Numbered from the stretch's first letter, positions 8,214 through 17,706 are shown. The stretch: 43,914 bases of DNA from Candidatus Staskawiczbacteria bacterium (GCA_023245195.1 JAHFKU010000003.1:1-43914); one strand, 5' to 3'. Notes: generated by a model from the letters alone, not told the origin. Numbers and translations: made by a program.

Positions 8214-8930
8214 ATGTCAGGACATAGTCACTTTAAAACCGTCGCGGCCACTAAAAACGCCAACGACGCTAAAAAAGGAAAAATATTTTCTAAAATGGCT
8301 CGAGTCATTACGATTGCCGTAAAAGACAAGGGGCCAGATATTTCAAGCAACATCCAACTAAAAGCTGCCATAGAAAAAGCCAAAGAGTTTAACATGCCCA
8401 AAGAAAATATTGAACGGGCAATTAAAAAGGGTACCGGAGAATTAGCCGGGGAATCTTTGGAAGAAGTGGCTTTTGAAGGGTTTGGCCCCGGAGGCATCGC
8501 CCTTATCATGGAAGGCATTACCGATAACAAAAACCGGACTCTTGGCGAAATAAAGGGAATTTTAGGGCAATACGATGGCAAGATAGCCGGAGAAGGAGCG
8601 GTGCGATGGATGTTTGAAAGAAAGGGGTTTTTGGTAATACCATCTGAAGGAAAATCAAAAGAAGACTGGGAAATGACGGTGATTGAAATCGGGGGCGACG
8701 ATATTAGATGGACCCAAGAAACTACTGAAATTTACACCAAACCCGAAGATTTTGAAGCGGTCAAAAAAGCTGCAAAGGAACGTGGCATAATAATTGACCA
8801 TGCTGCCCTAAGCTGGATTCCAAAAGAAGAAATTTCTATTAACGAAAAAGACATTGAAAAAGCTAAAAAATTATTTGAAGCTTTGGATGAAAACGATGCC
8901 GTTCAGGATGTTTACTCGAATTTGAAATAG
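8214..8930 (+). CDS. yebC: YebC/PmpR family protein (start corrected to ATG 8214)
   Basis: MSGHS start, NMPKENIERAIKKG, EGFGPGG, TDNKNRT, DAVQDVYSN. Confidence 0.95.
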   Translation: MSGHSHFKTVAATKNANDAKKGKIFSKMARVITIAVKDKGPDISSNIQLKAAIEKAKEFNMPKENIERAIKKGTGELAGESLEEVAFEGFGPGGIALIMEGITDNKNRTLGEIKGILGQYDGKIAGEGAVRWMFERKGFLVIPSEGKSKEDWEMTVIEIGGDDIRWTQETTEIYTKPEDFEAVKKAAKERGIIIDHAALSWIPKEEISINEKDIEKAKKLFEALDENDAVQDVYSNLK

Positions 8931-9021
8931 TTGAAGGTTTAAAGTTTAAAGTTTTAGTTTAAAGTTTCTAGTTGACTTTAAGCTAATAACTAAAACCAAT
9001 AACTTAAAACTAGAAACTATT
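8926..9021. repeat. 7-nt-periodic fold-back element between yebC and ruvC
   Basis: (aaagttt)n left arm, (aaaact/gaaact)n right arm; basal stem aatagtt/aactatt includes the TAG and ends at the ATG. Confidence 0.8.
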
Positions 9022-9537
9022 ATGATTATTTTAGGCATTGACCCAGGAACAGCTCTGGTAGGCTATGCGATTATTTCAACTAAAAAACCAAAGGGCCAAA
9101 AACAAGACCGAAACGAAAAACCCAAGGTTTTGGATTTTGGCTGCATTACCACCAGCAAATCATCTTTAATGGGCAGAAGGCTGGAAATAATATACGACCA
9201 GGTTTGCCTATTAATTAAAAAACACCAACCAGACGTAGTTTCAATTGAAAATCTTTTTTTCTTTAAAAACCTAAAAACCGTCATGCCCGTCAGCCAGGCC
9301 AGGGGAGTTATTTTGCTGGCGGCGGCAAAAAGCAATGTTCCTGTTTTGGAATTTACCCCCCTGCAAATGAAAATGACAATTGTGGGATATGGCAAAGCTG
9401 AAAAAAAACAGGTTCAAGAAATGACAAAACAACTTCTAGATTTAAGTGGTTTTGATTTAAAAGAAAAAGACCGGAAAAAAGATGACGCTTTTGATGCGCT
9501 AGGCATAGCGCTTTGCGCTTTTTTGAAGCCTACTTAA
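9022..9537 (+). CDS. ruvC: Holliday junction resolvase RuvC
   Basis: ILGIDPG, VSIENLFF, QARGVI, GYGKAEKKQV, DDAFDALGIA. Confidence 0.97.
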   Translation: MIILGIDPGTALVGYAIISTKKPKGQKQDRNEKPKVLDFGCITTSKSSLMGRRLEIIYDQVCLLIKKHQPDVVSIENLFFFKNLKTVMPVSQARGVILLAAAKSNVPVLEFTPLQMKMTIVGYGKAEKKQVQEMTKQLLDLSGFDLKEKDRKKDDAFDALGIALCAFLKPT

Positions 9538-9570
9538 AGAGGTTTTTATAGCCTGTGGAGAGGGAAAAGC

Positions 9571-9598
9571 TTGACAATAGTGCGTGAAAAAATATAAT
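9571..9598 (+). promoter_or_regulatory. Consensus sigma70 promoter
   Basis: TTGACA-N16-TATAAT. Confidence 0.8.
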
Positions 9599-9612
9599 AG
9601 GGAAAGATAAAA

Positions 9613-9757
9613 TAATTTACAATTTGAAATTTACAATTTGAAATCAATTTAAAAATATTACAATTTGAAATACTAAAATACGTTGCCTTTTCAAATTAAA
9701 ATATTGTAAGATTTAGTATTGAATTCAAATTTCAAATTACAAATTTAAAATTCAAAA
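9613..9757. repeat. 7-nt-periodic fold-back element in the 5' leader of the acidic ORF
   Basis: aatttacaatttgaaatttacaatttgaaatcaat...ttcaaatttcaaattacaaatttaaaatt; same subfamily as 8050..8206. Confidence 0.85.
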
Positions 9758-9758
9758 C

Positions 9759-9923
9759 ATGGAGGATGATTTTTTAAACATCTTAAATCAGTCTGACGAT
9801 TTAGACGATGACACTATGGACGACGATGAAGACGAAGAAGAAGATGACGAAAAAAAGGTTGACGACGAAGAAGATCTTGACGATGACGAAGAAGAGTTAA
9901 GTATGGCAGACGACGAAGAATAG
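9759..9923 (+). CDS. 54-aa highly acidic small protein
   Basis: MEDDFLNILNQSDDLDDDTMDDDEDEEEDDEKKVDDEEDLDDDEEELSMADDEE*; 34 of 54 residues D/E; flanked by promoter and terminator. Confidence 0.8.
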   Translation: MEDDFLNILNQSDDLDDDTMDDDEDEEEDDEKKVDDEEDLDDDEEELSMADDEE

Positions 9924-9953
9924 CTAGATATTTAATATAAAACATACCGCAAC

Positions 9954-9983
9954 CCAAAAACCAGCCCTCAAGCTGGTTTTTGG
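9954..9983 (+). terminator. Rho-independent terminator
   Basis: ccaaaaaccagc-cctcaa-gctggtttttgg. Confidence 0.75.
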
Positions 9984-10048
9984 TTTGTTGGAAAAAAGAG
10001 TCGTATTGATTTTTAATAAAAATGTTGTAGAATACGCGTATTACTGTG

Positions 10049-10207
10049 GACCTCTTGCAAAATAAGGCTTTACTGCAAATAAAGCCTTTGGACGAAAAAT
10101 ACGCAATAATTTTTTAGCTTACCGCAGAGGGTAAACTAAAAAATTCTATCGTATTTTTCGTCTGCAAAGTCTGTATTTTCGCACGAAGCCTAATTTTGCA
10201 AGAGGTC
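10049..10207. repeat. 159-bp fold-back/MITE-like element directly upstream of the PBP gene
   Basis: 15-bp terminal inverted repeats gacctcttgcaaaat/attttgcaagaggtc; internal arms gacgaaaaatacg/cgtatttttcgtc and aattttttag/ctaaaaaatt. Confidence 0.8.
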
Positions 10208-10209
10208 TT

Positions 10210-12420
10210 ATGAAACACTTTTTAGATTCGGTTAAAAAAATCCTAAAAAAGATAAAAAATTACGACAACAAGTGGGGTGTCGCCAAAACCATCGGCAAAT
10301 ATGTATTGTTTGCCTTTTTGGCTTTCTGTATTTTTATACTATTTCTCTTTTTTTACTATACCTACGACTTGCCCCGACCCGAAAAATTCGGCGAAAGCCC
10401 CATTATTCAGTCAACCAAAATTTATGATCGAACCGGAAAAGTGCTTTTGTATGACATTTACGGAGAAGAAAAAAGAGAGATTGTTTCTTTTGACAAAATT
10501 TCAGACAATTTAAAACATGCTGTTTTGGCATCTGAAGACGCCAGGTTTTACCAGCATGGCGGCATAGACTTTGAATCAATTATGCGGTCCATCCTCATTG
10601 ATTTAAAACTGCAATCAGCAAGCCAGGGAGCCTCCACTATTACCCAGCAATTAATTAGATCAGTCTATTTAACCAACCAAAAAACACTGTCCCGAAAGAT
10701 ACGGGAAATTGTATTGAGCATAGAATTAGAAAGAAGGTATTCCAAAGACCAAATTTTCAATTGGTACTTAAATCAAATACCCTTTGGCAAAAATGCTTAT
10801 GGCGCCGAAGCGGCAACGCAAACGTATTTTAACAAACCAGCTTCTGACTTATCGTTGGCAGAAGCTGCGGTTTTAACTGCTCTAATTCCCGCCCCAAGTT
10901 ATTATTCGCCCTATGGTTCCCACAAAGACCAGCTTTTGCAAAAAAAGAACTATATTTTGGAGCGAGAAAAACAACTTGGGTATATTAATCAAACACAATT
11001 AAAAGAAGCCAAAGATGAGATTTTGAATTTTGCCACCATCACTTCTCCCATAAAAGCTCCCCACTTTGTTATGTATGTCCAGCAATATTTGGAAGACCAA
11101 TATGGAGATGAGTTTTTAAAACAAAAGGGGTTAAAAGTGTATACCAGCCTTGATTGGGACCTACAAGATTATGCCGAGCAAGTGGTTAAGGATGCTGATA
11201 AAACAAATTTGAAATTTAAAGCCAACAACACCGCCCTGGTGGTTATTGATCCAAAAACCGGCGAAATTTTATCGCTTATTGGTTCAAAAGATTATTTTGG
11301 AACATCGTATCCAAAAGGGTGCGACCAGAAAGCCAGTGGCAGTTGTCTATTTGACCCGCAATACGACGTGGCCACTATTGGTCAGCGCCAACCAGGATCT
11401 TCTTTTAAGCCGTTTGTGTATGCGACCGCATTTAAAAAGGGGTATACTCCCAGCACCCTGGTGTGGGATGTAAAAACAGAATTTAATCCAAATTGCAGTA
11501 TGGATGGCAACCAAGAAAAAGACCAATACGGCTTAAAGTGTTATCACCCCCAAGATTATGATGGCAGATACCGGGGAATTATTTCTCTAAGAAATGCGCT
11601 CGACCAATCACTTAACATACCCGCCGTACAAGTCCTATACTTAGCTGGGTTGCGCGACAGCATCCAAACCGCCCACGAGATGGGAATTACCACCTTAAAT
11701 GATCCTGATAGCTATGGATTGTCTTTGGTGCTTGGCGGGGGCGAAGTAAACCTACTCGATATGACATCGGCTTATGGAGTTTTTGCAACCGAGGGCCAAA
11801 AAATACCTCCCGTAAGTATTTTAAAAATAGAAGACAGCCAAGGCAACATTATTGAAGAAAACAAAAGACAATCCACCAAGGTGCTCGACACTCAGGTAGC
11901 GCGACAAATAAATAACGTATTATCAGACAACAATGCCAGAGCCCCAATATTTGGCGTAAACAACCCACTGCATTTTGACAAATATCAGGTTGCCGCTAAA
12001 ACGGGTACCACTCAATATTTTAACGATGGTTGGACGATGGGATACACCCCATTTGCCTCCCTTGGAGTATGGGTTGGAAATAACGATAACTCTTCAACCA
12101 CCAACGAAGGCATTGGCCTGGCCGCTCCTATTTGGCACAAGGTGATGCAAAAATTACTAGAAACACATCCGGCAGAAAATTTTACGCCACCAAGCTTAGT
12201 AGAAAATCTAAACCCTATTTTACTAGGCCAATTACCAGCTGATCCTGCGCCCCACAGCATTTTATACTACATCGATAAAAACAATCCACTAAACACCTCG
12301 TATCCAAATCCCAACACCGACCCGATGTATCCTTTTTGGGAAGCCGCTGTGCAAAATTACACCAACTACACAAACCCCACAACACCCCCAGCAACGCCTC
12401 CAGCAAACCCCACACCCTAA
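10210..12420 (+). CDS. Class A penicillin-binding protein (PBP1A family, transglycosylase/transpeptidase)
   Basis: EDARFYQHGG, GASTITQQL, RKIRE, SSFK (SxxK), SLN, KTGT. Confidence 0.96.
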   Translation: MKHFLDSVKKILKKIKNYDNKWGVAKTIGKYVLFAFLAFCIFILFLFFYYTYDLPRPEKFGESPIIQSTKIYDRTGKVLLYDIYGEEKREIVSFDKISDNLKHAVLASEDARFYQHGGIDFESIMRSILIDLKLQSASQGASTITQQLIRSVYLTNQKTLSRKIREIVLSIELERRYSKDQIFNWYLNQIPFGKNAYGAEAATQTYFNKPASDLSLAEAAVLTALIPAPSYYSPYGSHKDQLLQKKNYILEREKQLGYINQTQLKEAKDEILNFATITSPIKAPHFVMYVQQYLEDQYGDEFLKQKGLKVYTSLDWDLQDYAEQVVKDADKTNLKFKANNTALVVIDPKTGEILSLIGSKDYFGTSYPKGCDQKASGSCLFDPQYDVATIGQRQPGSSFKPFVYATAFKKGYTPSTLVWDVKTEFNPNCSMDGNQEKDQYGLKCYHPQDYDGRYRGIISLRNALDQSLNIPAVQVLYLAGLRDSIQTAHEMGITTLNDPDSYGLSLVLGGGEVNLLDMTSAYGVFATEGQKIPPVSILKIEDSQGNIIEENKRQSTKVLDTQVARQINNVLSDNNARAPIFGVNNPLHFDKYQVAAKTGTTQYFNDGWTMGYTPFASLGVWVGNNDNSSTTNEGIGLAAPIWHKVMQKLLETHPAENFTPPSLVENLNPILLGQLPADPAPHSILYYIDKNNPLNTSYPNPNTDPMYPFWEAAVQNYTNYTNPTTPPATPPANPTP

Positions 12421-12421
12421 A

Positions 12422-12469
12422 GTTCAACAAAAAAACCACAAACATATGTTTGTGGTTTTTTTGTTGAAC
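12422..12469. terminator. 48-bp perfect palindrome, probable bidirectional terminator between convergent PBP and dnaN
   Basis: gttcaacaaaaaaaccacaaacat|atgtttgtggtttttttgttgaac. Confidence 0.7.
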
Positions 12470-12483
12470 AAAGTATTGCAATA

Positions 12484-13620
12484 CTACATTGATTTGATCG
12501 GCATCACCACATAAATATAACTAGAATCTCCCACGGGCTTTAAAATACACGGACCCTCTTCTTTACTAATATCAAAAATTATTTCAGAGCTTTTAATATT
12601 TAACAACCCATCTATAAGGTATTTATAATTAAAAGAAACGTCTATTGAATCTCCTTCCACTTTAACGGGCAAACTTGACCTATTTTCTCCCACATCGCCA
12701 CTTTTAGCAAAAACTTCAATTTCTTGTTTTTCTTTGTTTATTGAAATTTTCACCTCATTAACCTTGCCAGAAAAGAGTGATGCGGTTTTGATTTGATTTA
12801 AAAATTCGTCTTTTTTCAACACCACATGGGTTTTAAATTTGGTAGGAATAATATCCTGGTAATTAGGATATTCTCCCTCAATTAAACGAGATGTAATCTG
12901 CACCTGGGGATGCGCCGCCTCTTTCATGGGAAGCTCAAATAACACCTGATTGGATGAAAAATAAATCCTCATCAAACCCTCTTTGTTTTCTAAAATATTC
13001 ATAACTTCCCTAGCCGATTTTTGAGGCAAGATAAAAGAATAGTCTTTTTCTTTTATGTTTTTTAACGGTTCTTCCAAGTGGATATTTTTTTCTCCCAGCC
13101 TAAAACTATCGGTGGCTACCATTTTAATTGCATTTTTAGAAAAAGAAAAGTAAACACCGGAAATTTCAGGCCTTGATTGGGAGGTTGAAGCAATGTCAAT
13201 GATTTGAGCCAATCCCATGCAAAGCTTTTTACTATCTAATTCTATGTATTCAGCATTTTTAAATTCCGGTATTATGGGAAAATCCTCTGAACTATATCCC
13301 TGGATTTGGGTTTTAATATTCTTGCATTCAATATATAGATTCTGGTCTTTTACCTCCATGGTGATTTTTTCATTCGGTAAAGAAGAAATAAAGGCTGATA
13401 AAAACTTGGCTGGAACAACGATATTTCCATTTTTAATAATCTTAACTAATATCCATAATTTAATCGCTATTTCTAGGTCAGTAGAAACTAAACTTAAAAA
13501 ATTATTATCAGTGGTTATTAATACATTATTTAAAATTGGCAGTGATAAATTTTTCCCCACAATCCGTTCAGTAATATTAAGATTTGTTTTTAAATTTTCT
13601 TTTAACACTTCTATTTTCAT
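12484..13620 (-). CDS. dnaN: DNA polymerase III beta clamp (start likely ATG 13620)
   Basis: LPILNNVL, STDLEI, VATDSFRL, SRLIEGEYPNY, YVVMPI; downstream of dnaA. Confidence 0.97.
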   Translation of the reverse strand: MKIEVLKENLKTNLNITERIVGKNLSLPILNNVLITTDNNFLSLVSTDLEIAIKLWILVKIIKNGNIVVPAKFLSAFISSLPNEKITMEVKDQNLYIECKNIKTQIQGYSSEDFPIIPEFKNAEYIELDSKKLCMGLAQIIDIASTSQSRPEISGVYFSFSKNAIKMVATDSFRLGEKNIHLEEPLKNIKEKDYSFILPQKSAREVMNILENKEGLMRIYFSSNQVLFELPMKEAAHPQVQITSRLIEGEYPNYQDIIPTKFKTHVVLKKDEFLNQIKTASLFSGKVNEVKISINKEKQEIEVFAKSGDVGENRSSLPVKVEGDSIDVSFNYKYLIDGLLNIKSSEIIFDISKEEGPCILKPVGDSSYIYVVMPIKSM

Positions 13621-13639
13621 AAGCGATATTGTTAGCAAT

Positions 13640-13845
13640 TAAATTAATTTTTAAATAATATGTTTATAGTTGTTAGTGGATGCGTCTTTCTGATTTTTTT
13701 AAATATGGGTATGTTATTTTAACTATAAATTAATAATAAATAACCTGTTGATAAGTGGGTGGGAAAAACCTGAGGATAAAACGGATAAATTTTTTGTATA
13801 ATTTTTTAAATCAAATATTACCAGTTTTTCACGCACTTATCCACT
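13640..13845. other. Putative oriC part between dnaA and dnaN (AT-rich DNA plus DnaA-box-like nonamers)
   Basis: tgttgataa 13746-13754, tgaggataa 13771-13779, ttatccact 13837-13845 and an AT-rich stretch. Confidence 0.7.
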
Positions 13846-15204
13846 ATATACTCTTTGTTTTATTAGGTTTAATTCTTCGGTTAATTTGTTGTTTTGCTCA
13901 TTCTCTTTTTGGATTTTTTTATAAGCATATATTACCGTGGTGTGGTCTTTGCCGCCAAATTTGCGGGCGATAGCTGGGAAAGAATATTTTAACTCTTCTC
14001 GCAGTAAAAACATAGCTATTTGCCGTGGTTTTACTACTTCTTTGCGCCTCGTGGGATTAAAAATATTTTTTTCTTCCAGGTTGTAAAACTTAGCGACCGT
14101 TTCAACGATTTTCTTAAAACTGGCCACATTAAAAGGGGAAAAAACAAAATTTTTCAACAGTTTTTTGGTGGTTTCTAGGTTGGGAATATTGCCATTGGTT
14201 TTATAGTAAATAAGCAAACTATTTAAAGCTCCTTCTAGTTCCCTAATATTCTTTTTTACATTAGAGGCTATGTATTCTAAAACATCTTCTGGCAGTGCCA
14301 GGCTCTTTTCTTGAAGCTTTGTTTTAAGAATAGCTAGTCGCGTTTCATAATCAGGCAAGCTGATATCAATAATCATTCCGCCTTCAAAGCGGGATCGCAG
14401 CCGTTCTTCTAATTCCGCTATGGCGTTTGGGGGTTTGTCGGAAGAGAGGATTATTTGCTTGTTTTTTTCGTATAGCGAATTAAAGGTGTGAAAAAACTCT
14501 TCCTGGGTTTTATTTTTTCCGGCTAAAAACTGGATGTCGTCTATAATTAACACATCAATAGAAGATAGGCTGGCCTTGAAAACATCAATATTGTGGTTTC
14601 TAATTCCAGAAATAATGTTTGAAACGAACTTTTCAGAAGAAATATATTTTACCTTCTTTTTTTTAGGGCCATCGCTGATTTTGTTCCCAATAGCTTGTAT
14701 TAAATGTGTTTTACCAAGCCCGACTCCGCCATAAATAAAAAGCGGATTATAGGTATTGCCAACGTTTTCTGAAACCGCCAAGGCTGCTGCATAAGCCAAT
14801 TCATTAAATGATCCTACCACAAAGTTTTCAAATACATAGCGAGGATTAAGATTGGTTTCTTTATTAACCTTAAATTCGTCAAATTTTAATTGTTCTACGT
14901 CAATTTTGTTGCTTTCGGTGTTTTCTTTTACTTCTTTTATTTCCTTTTTCTCTAGGGATCTTGGATTTATGACAAATTCTAGCCCCTTAATGGAATTATC
15001 CTGATCAAAGATGGTTTTAAGGATTAGTTTGTAGTACTTGTTGTTTAACCACTCTTTAGAAAAAGCGTTGGGAACCGAAATAATCACCTTTTCTTCTTCT
15101 TTTGAAATAATTTGGGTGTTTTGGAACCAGGTTGCAAAATTAGCCTTGGATATATTGAGCTGCATTTGAGCTAAAACTGATTGCCAAAGTTCATGATTGT
15201 CCAT
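13837..15204 (-). CDS. dnaA: Chromosomal replication initiator DnaA
   Basis: YNPLFIYGGVGLGKTHL, IDDIQFL, QEEFFHTFN, NIRELEGAL, GGKDHTTV. Confidence 0.99.
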   Translation of the reverse strand: MDNHELWQSVLAQMQLNISKANFATWFQNTQIISKEEEKVIISVPNAFSKEWLNNKYYKLILKTIFDQDNSIKGLEFVINPRSLEKKEIKEVKENTESNKIDVEQLKFDEFKVNKETNLNPRYVFENFVVGSFNELAYAAALAVSENVGNTYNPLFIYGGVGLGKTHLIQAIGNKISDGPKKKKVKYISSEKFVSNIISGIRNHNIDVFKASLSSIDVLIIDDIQFLAGKNKTQEEFFHTFNSLYEKNKQIILSSDKPPNAIAELEERLRSRFEGGMIIDISLPDYETRLAILKTKLQEKSLALPEDVLEYIASNVKKNIRELEGALNSLLIYYKTNGNIPNLETTKKLLKNFVFSPFNVASFKKIVETVAKFYNLEEKNIFNPTRRKEVVKPRQIAMFLLREELKYSFPAIARKFGGKDHTTVIYAYKKIQKENEQNNKLTEELNLIKQRVYSG

Positions 15205-15382
15205 AATAATGAGATTTTGCGCAATTACGCCAAAATTGGCACAAGGTCACGCCGAAACTTTATAATAATTAAAATACTCTGAATCACGAAACTCTTTTGT
15301 AGTTCAGAATAACTATATAAAAAATATCAAGCTTATTAATGAGAGTCAAATAAGTATAAAATAAGGTCAATTGTTAATAAAG

Positions 15383-15391
15383 TGTGGATAA
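15383..15391 (-). promoter_or_regulatory. Perfect DnaA box upstream of dnaA
   Basis: tgtggataa, reverse complement TTATCCACA. Confidence 0.8.
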
Positions 15392-15433
15392 GGTGTGTTT
15401 TGGGTTAAACCTTAGACGCACAATAATGTTAAA

Positions 15434-15462
15434 TTGACCAATGCGTTCTTTTATACTATACT
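15434..15462 (+). promoter_or_regulatory. sigma70 promoter for the rpmH operon
   Basis: TTGACC-N17-TATACT. Confidence 0.65.
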
Positions 15463-15562
15463 AACCATAATATATTAACCTAGAAAATTATACAACTTTA
15501 CATCGCAAAATTCCTGAAACCCGTTTTTATTGAGTATTTTGCGATTTAAAGTTTACAAATAC

Positions 15563-15697
15563 ATGAGCTTTACTTATAAGCCAAAAAAGAAAAAAAGGAA
15601 AAGAACCCATGGTTTTTTGGTTCGCATGCAGACCAAAAAGGGCAAGCAGGTTATCCAAAGGAGAAGAGCCAAAGGAAGAAAGAAGCTCTCAGTATAG
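15563..15697 (+). CDS. rpmH: 50S ribosomal protein L34 (below ORF-track cutoff)
   Basis: [44 protein letters not shown]; canonical position. Confidence 0.98.
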   Translation: MSFTYKPKKKKRKRTHGFLVRMQTKKGKQVIQRRRAKGRKKLSV

Positions 15698-15702
15698 TTA
15701 TT

Positions 15703-15821
15703 AATTTTCAATTTCTAATTTTCAATTTTCATTAAATTTTTAATACACTAATTTTCAAATACGTTTAGAAATTAAAGCAATTAGATATTTAATAGAAATT
15801 AGAAATTATGAATTAGAAATT
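15703..15821 (+). repeat. Empty 7-nt-periodic fold-back element (four-helix-bundle subfamily) between rpmH and rnpA
   Basis: (aattttc/aatttct)n-attaaat..aaa tacg ttt..atttaat-(agaaatt)n; near-identical to the reverse complement of 36526..36657. Confidence 0.9.
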
Positions 15822-15829
15822 CAGGGAAG

Positions 15830-16168
15830 GTGTTGCCAAAACCAAACCGTTTAACCAAAAAAAAGGATTTTGATCTGGTCTTTAAAAAAGGGGAAAGCGT
15901 AAAAAACGGCTTTTTAATATTTAAAATGTTAAAAAGTAATTTGCCAGAAAGCCGTTTTGGATTTGTGGTGAGCCGCAAGGTTTCTGGCAAGGCGACGGTA
16001 AGAAATAAGGTTAAAAGAAGATTGCGAGACGCAATCTTTCTTAGATTAAAAGAATTGAAAGGGGTTATAGATGTTGTTGTTATCACGTTACCGGGAATTG
16101 AAAAAAAAGAGTTTTTAGAAATACAAAACATGGTGGGAGGCGGGCTTAAAAAGTTAAAAATAATATAG
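15830..16168 (+). CDS. rnpA: Ribonuclease P protein component
   Basis: RLTKKKDF, RFGFVVSRKV, KATVRNKVKRRLR. Confidence 0.97.
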   Translation: MLPKPNRLTKKKDFDLVFKKGESVKNGFLIFKMLKSNLPESRFGFVVSRKVSGKATVRNKVKRRLRDAIFLRLKELKGVIDVVVITLPGIEKKEFLEIQNMVGGGLKKLKII

Positions 16169-16332
16169 GGAGTAATCACGAATATACTAATACGTTCAAA
16201 TATACCAATCTTACAAATATACGAATACGAGATTGCTTTTGCGCCTGCGGGCGCCTCGCAATGACGGCGGCAAGATTTGTATATTTGTAAAATTCGTATA
16301 TTATCGTAAATTTGTATATTCGCGACTACTCC
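16169..16332. repeat. 8-9-nt-periodic fold-back element between rnpA and yidC with a nested AGATTGC..GCAATGAC repeat
   Basis: Basal stem ggagtaatcacgaatata/tatattcgcgactactcc; acgaatat/acaaatat units versus atttgtat/attcgtat; nested repeat 16230-16266. Confidence 0.85.
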
Positions 16333-16338
16333 AATTAA

Positions 16339-17052
16339 ATGTTTGGATTTATAGTTAATTTTTTTAAAATCTTCTTATACTTTCCGCTTTTTAATGCGCT
16401 GGTTTTAATATACGACTATTTTCCCGGGCACGACTTTGGCATAGCCATTATTGTTCTTACGATTATTATAAGAGTTATTATTTATCCCCTTTCGGTAAAA
16501 GCCCTACAATCCCAAAAAGCCCTTTCAAGCCTTCAACCTCAATTAAAAGAGATTCAGGAAAAATACAAAAACGACAAAGAAAAACAAGCCAAAGAAACCC
16601 TAGAACTGTATCGCAAAGAAAAAATCAACCCTTTTAGTGGGCTACTGTTGGCTTTAATCCAGCTTCCCATATTAATTGCCCTTTATAATGTGTTTTGGAA
16701 CGGCTTAAAGCCCGAACAGCTTAGTAATTTATATGGCTTTGTCGTAAATCCGGGGCATATTAATCCAGTATTTCTTGGTCTTGCAGATTTGTCTAAGCCA
16801 AACGTGATTTTTGCTATTTTGGCCGGTATTTTGCAGTTTTTCCAGACAAAAATGTTAACACCTAGCCCCACCAAGGGCTTGGCGGCCAATGACATGTCTT
16901 CGATGATGCAAAAGCAAATGCTGTACTTTTTCCCAATCATAACCATAGTCATTCTTTTAAAACTGCCTTCAGCGCTAGGATTGTACTGGATAGCAAGCGG
17001 AATATTTTCTATAATCCAGCAGTATTTCATCCTTAAAAAGAATAAAAAATAA
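16339..17052 (+). CDS. yidC: YidC/Oxa1 membrane protein insertase (short form)
   Basis: GIAIIVLTIIIR, LQPQLKEIQEKYK, NPFSG..LIQLPILIALY, PSALGLYW. Confidence 0.95.
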   Translation: MFGFIVNFFKIFLYFPLFNALVLIYDYFPGHDFGIAIIVLTIIIRVIIYPLSVKALQSQKALSSLQPQLKEIQEKYKNDKEKQAKETLELYRKEKINPFSGLLLALIQLPILIALYNVFWNGLKPEQLSNLYGFVVNPGHINPVFLGLADLSKPNVIFAILAGILQFFQTKMLTPSPTKGLAANDMSSMMQKQMLYFFPIITIVILLKLPSALGLYWIASGIFSIIQQYFILKKNKK

Positions 17053-17519
17053 TGGAGGAACAAGAATTAAAAACAATTAAAGAAACCATAGAAAAGTTCC
17101 TGCAGAAAATGACGGTGGATGTTTTGACGGTGGAATTAAACTCATCATTGGTAAACAATAAAGAATGTGTGAATGTGGATATTCACATAAAAGAGCCGCA
17201 GGTTTTAATTGGGCAAAGCGGCCAAACATTGTTTGAATTGGGGCGCCTGTTAAGGATTATTTTAAATAAAAAGCTCCAGAAAGATTTTTATGTGGATTTA
17301 GATATTAACGATTATAAAAAACAAAAATTATTGTATTTGAAAAAAATGGCGGCGGATTTGGCGCGCGAAGTGGTGGTAACCCAAAAAGAAAAAATATTGC
17401 CTCCCATGCCTTCTTATGAAAGAAGAATTATTCATAGCGAACTTGCCGGCCGGCAAGATATTATTACCCAAAGCCATGGGGAGGGGGTAGATAGGTCGGT
17501 GATTATTAGTCCCAAATAA
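17052..17519 (+). CDS. jag: Jag/EloR-like KH-R3H RNA-binding protein
   Basis: LIGQSGQTL (KH), PMPSYERRIIH (R3H); follows yidC. Confidence 0.88.
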   Translation: MEEQELKTIKETIEKFLQKMTVDVLTVELNSSLVNNKECVNVDIHIKEPQVLIGQSGQTLFELGRLLRIILNKKLQKDFYVDLDINDYKKQKLLYLKKMAADLAREVVVTQKEKILPPMPSYERRIIHSELAGRQDIITQSHGEGVDRSVIISPK

Positions 17520-17526
17520 TTTTTTG

Positions 17527-17644
17527 GTCATTGCGAGCGGCGGCCGTAAGGCCGCCGCAAGGCAATCTGCACACCGTCATTGCGAGACTCGTCCGCAGAC
17601 GAGGCGTGGCAATCTAGATTACTTCGTAAAAACTCGCAATGACG
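17527..17644. repeat. Cluster of three GTCATTGCGAG..GCAATCT palindromic units
   Basis: Units at 17527-17568, 17576-17615 and inverted 17616-17643; the first two carry different internal hairpins. Confidence 0.88.
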
Positions 17645-17660
17645 AATAATTATGAAATCC

Positions 17661-17694
17661 ATCCCAAATTACTACGATCGTAGTAATTTGGGAT
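17661..17694. repeat. 34-bp perfect palindrome
   Basis: atcccaaattactacga|tcgtagtaatttgggat. Confidence 0.92.
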
Positions 17695-17706
17695 AGAGAT
17701 GATGAC

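Noticed and set aside
15799-16179. 126-aa minus-strand ORF; also 41217..41435 and 27435..27776
   Set aside because: Antisense to rnpA or running through repeat elements, with no independent coding evidence.
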